Below, piece after piece: positions 27,551-37,650 of a DNA stretch of 64,000 bases (the stretch's first letter is position 1; each line of letters starts with the position of its first letter). Origin of the DNA: Anaerolineales bacterium. Lineage in GTDB: Bacteria; Chloroflexota; Anaerolineae; Anaerolineales; Villigracilaceae. The stretch lies in the NCBI GenBank assembly GCA_035298105.1, contig DATGYJ010000433.1, positions 1,374 through 65,373 of the forward strand. The letters are read 5' to 3'. Below the pieces are notes generated by a model. The model did not search any database. It was not told the origin of the DNA and was given only the letters and a program-made list of their open reading frames with translations. A program made the position numbers and the translations under genes.

Positions 27551-28177
27551 TTATTCGGCGCGCAGGCTCAAGGCGATGGTTTCAAAGTCCTTCAAATCCC
27601 CATCTCCCGTCACATAAATCACATTTCCGTTCAAGATCACGATCAAGGTGCGTGCCACACCTACGAAGCCGTTGACATCCAGGATGACACCCGGTAAGCC
27701 ACCGGCCAGGGTTACATCCTTCTGTGCCAGGATGGGACCGTTTTCACTCTGTTGAGTAACTGCCTCTTGCAACGTCATGTTCTGCTTCAGGACTGCCACC
27801 TCGATTTTGGTCGCACCAGGGGGGAAAGCGTTGTCGTGCTTGCCGCTTGGGGTTGGGTAGGTACGCACATCCCAGGAAGTGATGCCAATGACATAGGCGG
27901 TGCTCTGCGCTGCACTTGCGAGAACCGAGTCGTCGAGGAACCAAGTGGCTGGATAATCGAGCGAAAAACCCGCGAGATGATCAGTATAGGTTCTCATAGC
28001 TGGCAGATTTGTGTTCGCCGAGGGAGGGTTGGTCAGTGTGGGCGGCAGGGTTGGTTCGGGCGTGGATGTGATTTCAATAACAGGGACAGCTGTCTCAGTT
28101 GGTGAGGCTACCTTGGTGGTACTGCAGGCGCTGAAGAGCAGGGCAAAGACCCCCAGTAACAGGATTTTGGTTTTCAT
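27551..28177 (-). CDS. lipoprotein, PsbP-like domain
   Basis: Lipobox FSAC; Pro/Thr linker; YTD...GFSLDYPATW. Confidence 0.75.
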   Translation of the reverse strand: MKTKILLLGVFALLFSACSTTKVASPTETAVPVIEITSTPEPTLPPTLTNPPSANTNLPAMRTYTDHLAGFSLDYPATWFLDDSVLASAAQSTAYVIGITSWDVRTYPTPSGKHDNAFPPGATKIEVAVLKQNMTLQEAVTQQSENGPILAQKDVTLAGGLPGVILDVNGFVGVARTLIVILNGNVIYVTGDGDLKDFETIALSLRAE

Positions 28178-28365
28178 CGTCTTCTTTCCTTTGGTTGAGA
28201 TTTATTACCCAATGACGATCAGTTGTTGACGTAAGTTCCGCGCTCATACGCAAACAGACAACGAAGAGTAGTTAATCCCCCTCTGGAGAATGGTAGGGGT
28301 GACCCGTCAGGATTATCGGGTGCGCTGCGGACCCTGGGTGGGTCGCCCCTCTGCCTGGCGAGAAT

Positions 28366-29034
28366 TTATTCTTTGGGCGTTTTGCTAACTTCCCAAACAC
28401 AGGCGGAGGCACCCAGGGCGCGGCATTCTACTTCTTCTACATCGAACTCTTTTCCGGTCAACCAGAACAGTCCCTCTTTGAGGGTGCCAATCCGCCCCCA
28501 ACACATGGGCAGGTCGGCGGCCTTCCCGGCACAGAGCGGACACTCCACGGAAATAAAGGCCCATTTGTCCCGGCGGTCTTCCACGCTGAAGTGGAGCTCC
28601 TGTCCATTCTCGGCATACAGCTTATTGTAGCCATTGGCCATGCTGTCGAGCACCAGTTTCACCTGCATGCCGAAGGGCATCAGTTTGGCGGCGGTCTTTG
28701 CGGCTACATTGTAAACACCGCTTTGCTTTTCGATGGCGTATTTTGAGGTCAATCGTCCGATACGGATGACCATGCTTTTCCCGGCTCGACCGAAAAAGGT
28801 CAGCAGCCCGGCGCAAAGCTGGGCATAATCGCCCAGTGTAATCGTGCCGCTGATCTTGAGCAACTCGGGCGGATAGTTGTCGATGAAACGTTCCAGCCCG
28901 CGTTCCCGCAGGAGAACGCGCAAACCCTGCTTGCCAACCACTTCTTCGGCGGCGAGCAAAGCCCAGCGCATATAGGCATCCACCAGGTACAGGCTGGCAA
29001 CCAGATCATTTGAGGTCTTATCTTGGATGTCCAT
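28366..29034 (-). CDS. V4R (4-vinyl reductase) domain protein
   Basis: ECPLC...MC...G...EEVECRALGASACVW; SD GGAGG. Confidence 0.88.
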   Translation of the reverse strand: MDIQDKTSNDLVASLYLVDAYMRWALLAAEEVVGKQGLRVLLRERGLERFIDNYPPELLKISGTITLGDYAQLCAGLLTFFGRAGKSMVIRIGRLTSKYAIEKQSGVYNVAAKTAAKLMPFGMQVKLVLDSMANGYNKLYAENGQELHFSVEDRRDKWAFISVECPLCAGKAADLPMCWGRIGTLKEGLFWLTGKEFDVEEVECRALGASACVWEVSKTPKE

Positions 29035-29206
29035 GGGTATCCTCCTCGAGCGGCGATATGGACATTATATGTGTTTTATGACAGACCAGACAGGTTTCTC
29101 GCTTAATACTCTCCCGTAAACTCTTGGTGAACCCAGAGGAACGCCTGACGTTTGTTCATCATGATAGCTGAGGATCGCTACCCTCGGCTCGGCGCGAAGG
29201 AGCTTA

Positions 29207-30196
29207 TTATGATCCTCCCATCACAACCGTCCAATAGCCTCCATACGCGCTGAACTTCGAAAAGACATAGCCCACGCCGATCTCCGTCACGCGTGAGTTG
29301 AGTACGGTGCTCCAGTCCGCCTTCTCGATCCGCCATTGATTCATGGCATCCTGAGGCAGGCCAATCGCCAGCAGTTCCAGATAATAGGGATTGGTATAAC
29401 CAGCGCTCGATACTCGGTCGCCTGTCCATGAACCATCTGAGCCACTGTGCTTCATAAAATTATTGCAGGCCATATCCAGACTATGTGAGCGTGCCGCGGC
29501 GGTCAATTTGGAGTTGACGGTCAATGCCGCCCGACCGGCGTCTGCGCGGGCTTTATTGATCAAGTCGATCAGCGTTTGCACATAATCGGGGTTTTCCGTA
29601 TAGCTGCAATTGCCGATGCTTTTCTCGATTGCGCTTCCCACTAGATCCTCACCGATCATGATCTTGACCCAGAAGGTAGGCTGCGTTCCCAGAGGAATGG
29701 CTTTTCCTTCCGCATCCCGCAATTCAAAATTGCCCGTATACGCCCCATCTGAGGAGGGCGCAATGAGGTCAATCGAGACCTCTACGCTGGATTGAGCTTT
29801 TGTCTCAGGCACCGGGACCGAATCAGGTGACCCCATTTTGTCACCGGAGACGAAGGCGACGGTATAACCGACCCATGTGCAGGTGCCCGTATTTTGGAGC
29901 TTCCAGGTCTTGGTGATTTTCTCTCCGGCGGATACGTGGGTATTATCGGGATAGGTTACATCTTCGACAAAGAGGGCACTATCATGGCAGGATGGGGTCG
30001 GGCTGGGTGTGAGCGCATTCGCAGTTGGCGAAGCGGTGGGTGGCACTGGTGTCGGCAGGGTCAAGCCGGGTTTATAAGGTGGCAGAGTCGAGGTGACAAA
30101 AAGAACCGGCGCGTTTGTAGGCGCCTCTCCTGTAAGCTTGACGCAGGTTGTCAAAAGGAAAATGAGAAGGAGAGCGAGTGTTATTTTTTTGGCCAT
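29207..30196 (-). CDS. lipoprotein with NBR1 Ig-like and CAP (SCP) domains, paralogue 1
   Basis: FVEDVTYPD...TKTWKLQNTGTCTW; LINKARA...AARSHSLDMA...H...EIGVG. Confidence 0.88.
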   Translation of the reverse strand: MAKKITLALLLIFLLTTCVKLTGEAPTNAPVLFVTSTLPPYKPGLTLPTPVPPTASPTANALTPSPTPSCHDSALFVEDVTYPDNTHVSAGEKITKTWKLQNTGTCTWVGYTVAFVSGDKMGSPDSVPVPETKAQSSVEVSIDLIAPSSDGAYTGNFELRDAEGKAIPLGTQPTFWVKIMIGEDLVGSAIEKSIGNCSYTENPDYVQTLIDLINKARADAGRAALTVNSKLTAAARSHSLDMACNNFMKHSGSDGSWTGDRVSSAGYTNPYYLELLAIGLPQDAMNQWRIEKADWSTVLNSRVTEIGVGYVFSKFSAYGGYWTVVMGGS

Positions 30197-30322
30197 ACTC
30201 GAATATTTTTCCTGATGGGTTGAAAAATCGACTGTTTCTTAACGGGCGAATTGTCTCTGATGGACCAGAGAAAAGCGAGCTTATCGAGAAGCAGGTTCAT
30301 GGCATATACTCATGAAAATCTG

Positions 30323-31390
30323 TTACGGGCTGGCAAAATCAACTGTGTAGTATCCCCCGGCGGCGGTATCGGGGACGTAAGCATAGCCCACGCCTATTTC
30401 GGTGACATTCGCGTTCAAAATCTCATTGCGGTGAGTTGCATCGCTCATCCACCAATCGAAGGCGGTCTGGGGATAACCGCTGCCGTAGATGATCTCGGAT
30501 GAAAAAGACGGGCTGTAGCCAGCCGCGACCATCCGCTCATGGATAGAAGAGCCGTCCGAGCCGGTGTGGCTGATCAGCCCATGACAAGCCATATCGATGC
30601 TGTGTCCCTGGGCTGCCGCGGCGAGTTGTGCATTGACCGTCAGTGGGGCAAGTCCAGCCTGGGCACGGGCATTATTGATCAGGTTGGCAATTTCATTCAG
30701 GTAAGAAGAACTGGTAGCGTAATTGCAGCTTGCCGGTCCCGTCACTTTGACGACAGGTGTTCCGCTGATCGGGGTGAAAGCAACTGTGGAGACCGGCGCA
30801 GCGACAGCGTTCCCGATCAGGATCTTGACCCAGAAAGCTTTCTGCGTCCCAATTGCAAGTGTTTCGCCGTTGGCATTCTTCAATTCGTAGAAACCTGTAT
30901 ACCCTCCATCAAGGGATGGAGCGGTTAGTTCGACAGAGACATCTACGGTCTTGCCAGGCTCCGTTTGCGGGACAGGCGCGCTGGCAGGTGTTTCCATGCG
31001 GTCGCCTGCTACAAAGGCGATGGTGTATCCGCTCCAACTACATTTGCCATTGTTCATGAAGCGCCAGGTCTTGGTGAACTTTGCTCCCGGCGTCATCACG
31101 GCATTATCAGGCACGGTTACATCCTGGATCATCACGGCACTGTCCTGGCACGAACCGGACGTGGATACTGTCCCAGCCGTTCCATCTGGCGTGCCAGGGG
31201 TAGTGGCAGTCAACGTGTCTGGCGTGGAAGTAGGTGGGATATCGGTTGGCAGGGATAAACCCGGTTTTGTGGGCGGTAAAGTGGAGGTCACGAAAAGGGC
31301 CCGAGTGGGGAGTGGCGCTTTTGGTGATACTTTAATACAGGATCCAATGAGGAAGCTTGTCAGCAGGATCAAAATCCAGATTTTCTTCAT
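30323..31390 (-). CDS. lipoprotein with NBR1 Ig-like and CAP domains, paralogue 2
   Basis: DVTVPD...FTKTWRFMNNGKCSW; HSIDMA...SH...WWMSDATHRNEIL...EIGVG. Confidence 0.88.
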   Translation of the reverse strand: MKKIWILILLTSFLIGSCIKVSPKAPLPTRALFVTSTLPPTKPGLSLPTDIPPTSTPDTLTATTPGTPDGTAGTVSTSGSCQDSAVMIQDVTVPDNAVMTPGAKFTKTWRFMNNGKCSWSGYTIAFVAGDRMETPASAPVPQTEPGKTVDVSVELTAPSLDGGYTGFYELKNANGETLAIGTQKAFWVKILIGNAVAAPVSTVAFTPISGTPVVKVTGPASCNYATSSSYLNEIANLINNARAQAGLAPLTVNAQLAAAAQGHSIDMACHGLISHTGSDGSSIHERMVAAGYSPSFSSEIIYGSGYPQTAFDWWMSDATHRNEILNANVTEIGVGYAYVPDTAAGGYYTVDFASP

Positions 31391-31419
31391 GCCGAGATTC
31401 TACTTGGAAATAATTAATA

Positions 31420-31468
31420 AAAACCATCCCGCAGGAGATGCTACAGCGCCTCCTGCGGGACGGTTTTA
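31420..31468 (-). terminator. intrinsic terminator after paralogue 3
   Basis: AAAACCATCCCGCAGGAG...CTCCTGCGGGACGGTTTT. Confidence 0.8.
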
Positions 31469-31478
31469 GCATAGAAAC

Positions 31479-32615
31479 CTATGGTTTTGCAAAAACGATC
31501 ACGTAGTAACCAAAGTTGTTGAAGAACGAATAACCCACGCCGATTTCGGTGAAGGTGGTACTTAGCAGGTTCTGGTTATGACGCAGATCGGTCTTATCGT
31601 TGATCCACCAGTTGACCACGCCCTGGCCATCGAAGGGAGGATAGTTGCCATTGATGTTCTCAGAGACAGACGAAGCAACATAACCGGTGGCTGCTACGCG
31701 TGTTTGCGGCGTGGAACCATCAGAGCCGGTATGACTGATGTTCTTCGTACATGCCATATCATTGGCCTGCTTCTGCGCGGCCTGAGCTAACTGCATGTTC
31801 ACGGTGTAGGCGGGCAGACCATGCTGGGCACGGTAAGCATTGGCCGCATCGATCGTTTCTGTCAATTTCTTCAGGTCGATGGAGAATAGGCAGGTCGCTG
31901 TAGTGGTACTGTCGCTCTCTGCTGTAGCGACAGGTACGGTGCTTGTAACCGTTACTGCGCTGCCTACCGCGGTTGGGGCCGCAACGGCGGTGGAGGCAGT
32001 AGTGTTTGCAAGTGTCACATCGATAATTGCCCACAGGCGAGAATCATCACCAATTTTCATGATCAGGCCGGCCGGATTCTTGATGACAAAATTACCTTGA
32101 TGAATTCCGGTGCTGGAAGGCGCAGTCAGATTCACAGAAATATCCAGATTTTGTCCCGGATAGGTTATACCCAATGGTACAGAGGCTGGTGCACCCAGGC
32201 GCTCATCAGAATAGGGGACCAGGGTGTAATTGGGTCCCCAGACACAGGTTCCGGTGTTGCTGATGCGCCAGGTTTTCGTGAAGATCGTGCCTCCACCGAC
32301 GTTGGTATGATCCGGGACGGTCACATCCGCGACAAACGAGGCGCTGTTGGTGCAATCGGGTGGATTGGTAGGGAACGGTGTACCAAGCGTTGGAGTAATG
32401 GTTGCCAGCGTGGCTGAAGTTGCCGTGGCGGAAGTATCGCCGGGTGATGGGGTGGCAGTTTCTGTAAGCGTAGGTGCTTCTGTGCTGACCGCGGGCGCAG
32501 TTGCGATTTGTGTTTCGGTCGACGAGGGTGTAGCAGTCTCCACGGCGCCTTGTCCGTTACAAGCAGATAATGCGAGCATTATAAGAGCAGCAACCATGTA
32601 CAGTTTCTTGATCAC
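31479..32615 (-). CDS. lipoprotein with NBR1 Ig-like and CAP domains, paralogue 3
   Basis: SD GGAGG, GTG start, lipobox LSAC; FVADVTVPD...TKTWRISNTGTCVW; SENI...HNQNLL...EIGVG. Confidence 0.88.
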   Translation of the reverse strand: MIKKLYMVAALIMLALSACNGQGAVETATPSSTETQIATAPAVSTEAPTLTETATPSPGDTSATATSATLATITPTLGTPFPTNPPDCTNSASFVADVTVPDHTNVGGGTIFTKTWRISNTGTCVWGPNYTLVPYSDERLGAPASVPLGITYPGQNLDISVNLTAPSSTGIHQGNFVIKNPAGLIMKIGDDSRLWAIIDVTLANTTASTAVAAPTAVGSAVTVTSTVPVATAESDSTTTATCLFSIDLKKLTETIDAANAYRAQHGLPAYTVNMQLAQAAQKQANDMACTKNISHTGSDGSTPQTRVAATGYVASSVSENINGNYPPFDGQGVVNWWINDKTDLRHNQNLLSTTFTEIGVGYSFFNNFGYYVIVFAKP

Positions 32616-32829
32616 TTCAGCCTCCTTTGCAGCCTCGTTGGATGTATTCTGTGAATCTACCTGCTACCAGCCTGGTTCTCTTCTGTGGGGCGGAAACTTC
32701 TTAACACCAGGGGAAGAAATCAGAGCCGTCAGTTTTTCCCTTAGTGATCGGAGCCTGCCCTGAGTGTCGGCGAAGGGCGCACTTCATGTTAAGAAGCAAC
32801 ATTCCGCTAAAAAGACCTGGCTTTCAACC

Positions 32830-35127
32830 TCAAAACATTGTCATCTGTAACTTGGATTTTTCAAGTGGATCGCCAGAAACCTGCTCTTCGAATATTTCAC
32901 GGGTCAATACCGGAAGCTCGAGTAGTGTACGCAGCAAACGATATTTTACAACCTGAACCTTTTTTATGCGCGTCGCGAGCGAGGGGTCACGTTGTGCTTT
33001 ATAGACGGCTAGCGCAGCCCGCCCACCGGGGATAGCGATGACCGTTTGCTCGGGTGGGTAGGGCGTCTCGGCGAGCGCACGCCCCATCAGCGCGGAAGCG
33101 AGAATATAAAAAGTACGCTCGAGCTTACCATTCTGTTCCCAGAGATAATTTTTATCCTGCTTGCGCGTGGAATATCCCAGGCGTTTGCCGATGGCTTCGA
33201 TCAAGCCGGAAATATTATTGAGTTCATTACGCCGTGCAGAGGCGGTATCTTCGGGACGCAACTGCCACTCCGCCTCGTCTTTTTGTGCATACGAGGCTAG
33301 CACAGCATAGATCATGCCCTTGGAAGGCGTCAGCAGACCCGGAAAATGAGGATAGAGGTCATCTTCGACCTCAAGAAAAATGCTTTTCGGATGCTTTTGC
33401 AGGAACGTGACAATCGCAATTTCTACACGGTCGGATAAGGTATCGTGTGGAACCGAGCCTTGCACCAGATGCACATCCACTCCGGGTGCGGAAGCTGGAG
33501 AGCGCAGGTCAGGGCCGGAAGGATGATCTGCGCTCAGCCCCCATAGCCCGGTATCTAAACTTTCACCGTTTGAATAGTGGATGAAACGCGGATCTTCCAG
33601 CGCAGTTTGAATCAGTGATTGGGTGGCGCGCAAAGCCTCATCAAACTCCTGATCCTTCTGTTTGAGAGCCTCCGATTTGGCTAAAGCAATTAATCCTGCA
33701 GTGTAGAGGTGTAAATAGCTGGCAGGCTCACCACGTTCCACCAAGTGAGAATAAATTGCTTCCTTCACAACCTCCAGCTCTGCTGGATTGGGTTGTCGCT
33801 TTAGGTGTTGGCCACACGCCCATAAAAGCTGAATTGGATCATGTGCGGTTCGCAATGCCAGGGACTGCAAATCAAAGCCGGCTGCGCTCGCAGCTGTCAA
33901 CGCAGAGGCAAGGAAGGATGGTTCAGCCTCAGACAGCAATCCGAAAAATGGAGTGTTGAGATGCAATAATCCGAACAGGTGCGTGAAAGCAGCGTTCAGT
34001 GCAGTTGCGTTCCAGGCCCAGTCATAGCGCCGTCGGCGCAGCGCGGGCTTATACGGCTCTACAGCCTCGCGTCCCCACAGCCAGCCTGCCCATAAAGCGG
34101 ATAACGTCCAAAATGCCTGATTGGGGCGTGGCAGTGACCCGATCACTGCCTTAATGGGAATTTCCTTTTTGACTTCATCCGCGAGGTCTTTCAGGCGACC
34201 TTCATAGATGCAGATACCACCGCTTTCGGGGATTTTCCGCTGATTTCCAGCTTGCCATGTTTCAATCACAACGCCTGAAGCTGTTTCCGCCCATAGACTT
34301 AATCCGCGCTCGAGCTGAGTCCACAGGTTGTGCTCTCGGAATTGGTTGGGAACGTTGAGTTGTTTGGGGCGCCGCCGCTCCGACGGGTGATCCCAGAGGG
34401 TATTACCTGCGTCACAGGCGAGCAAAATCAACGCGTTCAGTGCCCGGCGTCGTTCAGGCGTGAGATTCAAGCTATCCAGACGGTTGATAATTGTGGTTAA
34501 AAAATACAGGGGACGCGGCAGATAGTGTTCTATAGCTTCTTCTGCATAGATACGGTCGCTATCTTCCAGCTCAACGACCCGCTCGAAAGCACGCGAGCGA
34601 TGCAATGCGTCTGTGGCAGCAATTCTCCTGGCTTTCTCTATATCCAGCGGATTTGCCGGACGCTCGCCCGAATCTTCGCAATGCGGACAGGTATAGATGC
34701 GGGCGTAAGGCGCATCCGCGCCTTTATGCCAGAGGAAGGAATCAGCGTAAACTTCACTTCCGCATTTTTCACAGGGAGTGAGATACAAGGATTGCAAGTG
34801 TGGGCCGAGGCGCTCGTCTCCTTTTTTTGCGGAAGCCAGATCGGCTAATGCAGCTTTGAAATTTGTCTCCGTGGGAGGATCTGCAGACATTTCCAGCAGA
34901 AACCGCGTAATTGGGTTATTCCCCGTCACAAGCACGCGGTAGCCTGCACGTGCGGCTTCCAATACCAGGCGAGATGAAAATCCAAAGGGATCCAGCACCC
35001 AGCTGCCGGATGGCGCGTGAAGGGGGAGCCATGCAGAGATAACTCCCTCTTCCAACGGAGGTGTAAAGCGCGAGAGTGGTCCCGGCTCCGCGGGATTCAA
35101 TCCCGGAATATAGGGTTGCAACTCCAT
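32830..35127 (-). CDS. hypothetical protein resembling a degenerate DNA methyltransferase with a CxxC...CxxC zinc ribbon
   Basis: VLDPFG...VLEAARAG (motif-I-like); CEKC and CPHC; no DPPY-type motif seen; start placed at ATG 35127 below a TATACT -10 box. Confidence 0.6.
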   Translation of the reverse strand: MELQPYIPGLNPAEPGPLSRFTPPLEEGVISAWLPLHAPSGSWVLDPFGFSSRLVLEAARAGYRVLVTGNNPITRFLLEMSADPPTETNFKAALADLASAKKGDERLGPHLQSLYLTPCEKCGSEVYADSFLWHKGADAPYARIYTCPHCEDSGERPANPLDIEKARRIAATDALHRSRAFERVVELEDSDRIYAEEAIEHYLPRPLYFLTTIINRLDSLNLTPERRRALNALILLACDAGNTLWDHPSERRRPKQLNVPNQFREHNLWTQLERGLSLWAETASGVVIETWQAGNQRKIPESGGICIYEGRLKDLADEVKKEIPIKAVIGSLPRPNQAFWTLSALWAGWLWGREAVEPYKPALRRRRYDWAWNATALNAAFTHLFGLLHLNTPFFGLLSEAEPSFLASALTAASAAGFDLQSLALRTAHDPIQLLWACGQHLKRQPNPAELEVVKEAIYSHLVERGEPASYLHLYTAGLIALAKSEALKQKDQEFDEALRATQSLIQTALEDPRFIHYSNGESLDTGLWGLSADHPSGPDLRSPASAPGVDVHLVQGSVPHDTLSDRVEIAIVTFLQKHPKSIFLEVEDDLYPHFPGLLTPSKGMIYAVLASYAQKDEAEWQLRPEDTASARRNELNNISGLIEAIGKRLGYSTRKQDKNYLWEQNGKLERTFYILASALMGRALAETPYPPEQTVIAIPGGRAALAVYKAQRDPSLATRIKKVQVVKYRLLRTLLELPVLTREIFEEQVSGDPLEKSKLQMTMF

Positions 35128-35244
35128 AACATAAGTATACATCCCCCTCAACTTTTGGAGTCCAGCGGCTTGCCCTTGGATTGGCAGAAGCAGGTGCCGC
35201 CAGGGTGAGGCGCCTGGGGTGCCATTCCGCTCAGCGTAGAGAAT

Positions 35245-36396
35245 TTATGGAATTTTTCCGAGCGTGGGTGCGCACATGATATCGTAATACTCCAGTTCGG
35301 TGGCTTTGTTCTGCCGAGCATAGGCAGCGGCATCATTGCCAATGTTGCGGACAATGTCGAGGTGCCCACGTACGTCTGTATCCCAATAACGCGGCAAGGT
35401 CATCAGCGGGTCACCGGCGGGTCCTTCTGGAATGTAAGCCGGGCGCCCTGGATCTTTTTGGTCTGCCTGTGGGATCCAGTTATACATGACAGGTCCACGC
35501 GGGTTGATGGTAAAGCCTAGCTGGTAACCGAACTTACGCGCAAATTGCACGGGGCGAATGCCAAAATCACCCCCGGGCCAGATGATGGCAATGGGTGTCT
35601 TATTGAAATATTTCTGTAAATTTGTCATGGAGCCTTGCAATTCTCCCGTGAGGAATTCATCAGAAGAATTGTCGCTCATATTGATATTATGGATGAAGCC
35701 ATGGGATTGGTAATCCACCCAGCCTTCTGCGGAAAGGGCAACATTTTCACGGAGGAATTGGTCATCACCGCCGAATGCGCTAATCCAGCCATTCACGACA
35801 GGCCAGCCCCATTGCTCCCAGTAACTACGAAAATGATCGTTGAAATTTTGTGCCGTATGACGGTCATCTACCACGAGCAAGACAGAGCGCTCCGGGATTT
35901 TTGCGTTTTTATACAGAAAATCTGCCAGTTGCTGAGTATTGATTGCCTGGAAGCCCATATCATGCAAATCATTCATCACTTTTTTGAAATCACCTACGCT
36001 AATTTGATTATCTTTTTCAGCTTGACCTTTAATGATCCCGTGGAACATCACCACCATAGCCACTGTCCCTGGCGCGGCATTGCTGGAATTCCATTTGTTG
36101 TACAGGTATTGGCAAGTATCTTTAATATACGTGTGCGGTGGATCAAGTGGATTGAGCTGACTGGCCACAAAGGTGACAGGCAGCGCTGGTGGCGTGCGGA
36201 CAGCGGTCGCTGGGGGAACCGGTGTTTCGCTGGGAACAAGTGTGGCCGTCGGCTGTAATTGGGCGAACGCGGTTTCAAAGGCCTGTGTCATGACAACGTT
36301 CATTTCTGGAGTAGAGACGGGCGCAGGTTGGCAGGCGCTCAAGAGCAGGGTGAGCAGCAGGAAGGACATGAGAAGCGAGGAGTGGGATGTGTTCAT
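35245..36396 (-). CDS. polysaccharide deacetylase (NodB/CE4-like) lipoprotein
   Basis: Lipobox LSAC; VMFH, LVVDD, SHGFIH, WPGG motifs. Confidence 0.8.
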   Translation of the reverse strand: MNTSHSSLLMSFLLLTLLLSACQPAPVSTPEMNVVMTQAFETAFAQLQPTATLVPSETPVPPATAVRTPPALPVTFVASQLNPLDPPHTYIKDTCQYLYNKWNSSNAAPGTVAMVVMFHGIIKGQAEKDNQISVGDFKKVMNDLHDMGFQAINTQQLADFLYKNAKIPERSVLLVVDDRHTAQNFNDHFRSYWEQWGWPVVNGWISAFGGDDQFLRENVALSAEGWVDYQSHGFIHNINMSDNSSDEFLTGELQGSMTNLQKYFNKTPIAIIWPGGDFGIRPVQFARKFGYQLGFTINPRGPVMYNWIPQADQKDPGRPAYIPEGPAGDPLMTLPRYWDTDVRGHLDIVRNIGNDAAAYARQNKATELEYYDIMCAPTLGKIP

Positions 36397-36470
36397 TGTC
36401 GTTTTTTCTATGATAACAGAGAAGGCGCGTCGATTCATAGACACGCCTTCTTACTTTTCCTGGCTACTGA

Positions 36471-37556
36471 TTACTCTTCACTCTCGCCTTTAATGAAGGT
36501 TTCCACTTTTTCACGGCAGATATCGTCGCGGAATTGTTGGGGGGGCGTCTTGAAGAAATAGGAAGAGGGACCGATGATCGGCCCACTCAATTTCCGATCC
36601 AATGCGATCTTAGCGCAGCGGATGGCGTCGATCATAACGCCCGCGGAGTTGGGGCTGTCCCAGACTTCGAGCTTGACCTCCACATTAAGCGGCACATCGC
36701 CAAATGTAGTGCCTTCCATGCGGATGTAGGCCCACTTACGGTCGGTGAGCCAGGGAACGTGATCCGACGGACCGACATGGACATCACCATGATCGAGTTT
36801 ATACGGGATCATGCTGGTAACCGCATTGGTCTTGGAAATCTTTTTGCTCTCCAGACGTTCACGCTCGAGCATATTCAGGAAGTCGGTATTGCCGCCGAAG
36901 TTAAGCTGATAAGTACGGTCAATGCGCACACCACGATCCACAAAGAGTGTCGCCAGGGCACGGTGCAGGATGGTCGCGCCGACCTGTGACTTGACATCAT
37001 CGCCAAGGATGGGAAGCTTGGCATCCCGGAATCTCTTTGCCCAATATTCGGAAGAGGCAATAAAGACTGGAATGCCATTGACGAATGCACAACCAGCTTC
37101 TATGGCTTGTTCCACATACCATTTCGTTGCCATTTCGGAACCGACCGGCAAAAAGTTGACCACTACATCGGTCTTTGTGTCCTTCAGCAGTTTGACAATA
37201 TCGGCTGTGGGCCCAGGCGCTTTCTTGATCATTCCGGAAAGATATTTGCCTAGTCCATCGTGGGTCATGCCGCGTACGACCGGGGCGTTGAGCTGGGGCA
37301 CATTGGCGAATTTGTAAGTGTTATTGGGTTCGGCAAAGATAGCCTGACAAAGATCCTTGCCGACCTTGGTGATATTGACGTCAATGCCCATGGTAAATTC
37401 AATGTCGCGAATATGATATCCACCCAGACGTGCGTGCATAATGCCTGGCACCAGAGCATCATCCGCAGCCTCCTTGTAGTACTGGGTTCCCTGCACAAGC
37501 GAAGAGGCGCAGTTTCCCACGCCAATCACTGCAACGCGGACTTTTTTGTTTGCCAT
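36471..37556 (-). CDS. ino1: myo-inositol-1-phosphate synthase
   Basis: [42 protein letters not shown]. Confidence 0.96.
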   Translation of the reverse strand: MANKKVRVAVIGVGNCASSLVQGTQYYKEAADDALVPGIMHARLGGYHIRDIEFTMGIDVNITKVGKDLCQAIFAEPNNTYKFANVPQLNAPVVRGMTHDGLGKYLSGMIKKAPGPTADIVKLLKDTKTDVVVNFLPVGSEMATKWYVEQAIEAGCAFVNGIPVFIASSEYWAKRFRDAKLPILGDDVKSQVGATILHRALATLFVDRGVRIDRTYQLNFGGNTDFLNMLERERLESKKISKTNAVTSMIPYKLDHGDVHVGPSDHVPWLTDRKWAYIRMEGTTFGDVPLNVEVKLEVWDSPNSAGVMIDAIRCAKIALDRKLSGPIIGPSSYFFKTPPQQFRDDICREKVETFIKGESEE

Positions 37557-37650
37557 GAAATTGGATCTCCTTCTATCTGTAATTTGATTATTACCGGATT
37601 ACAATGAAAAGCCTATTCTTTTAGACGGTCAATGTTGTATAATGCGTTCG

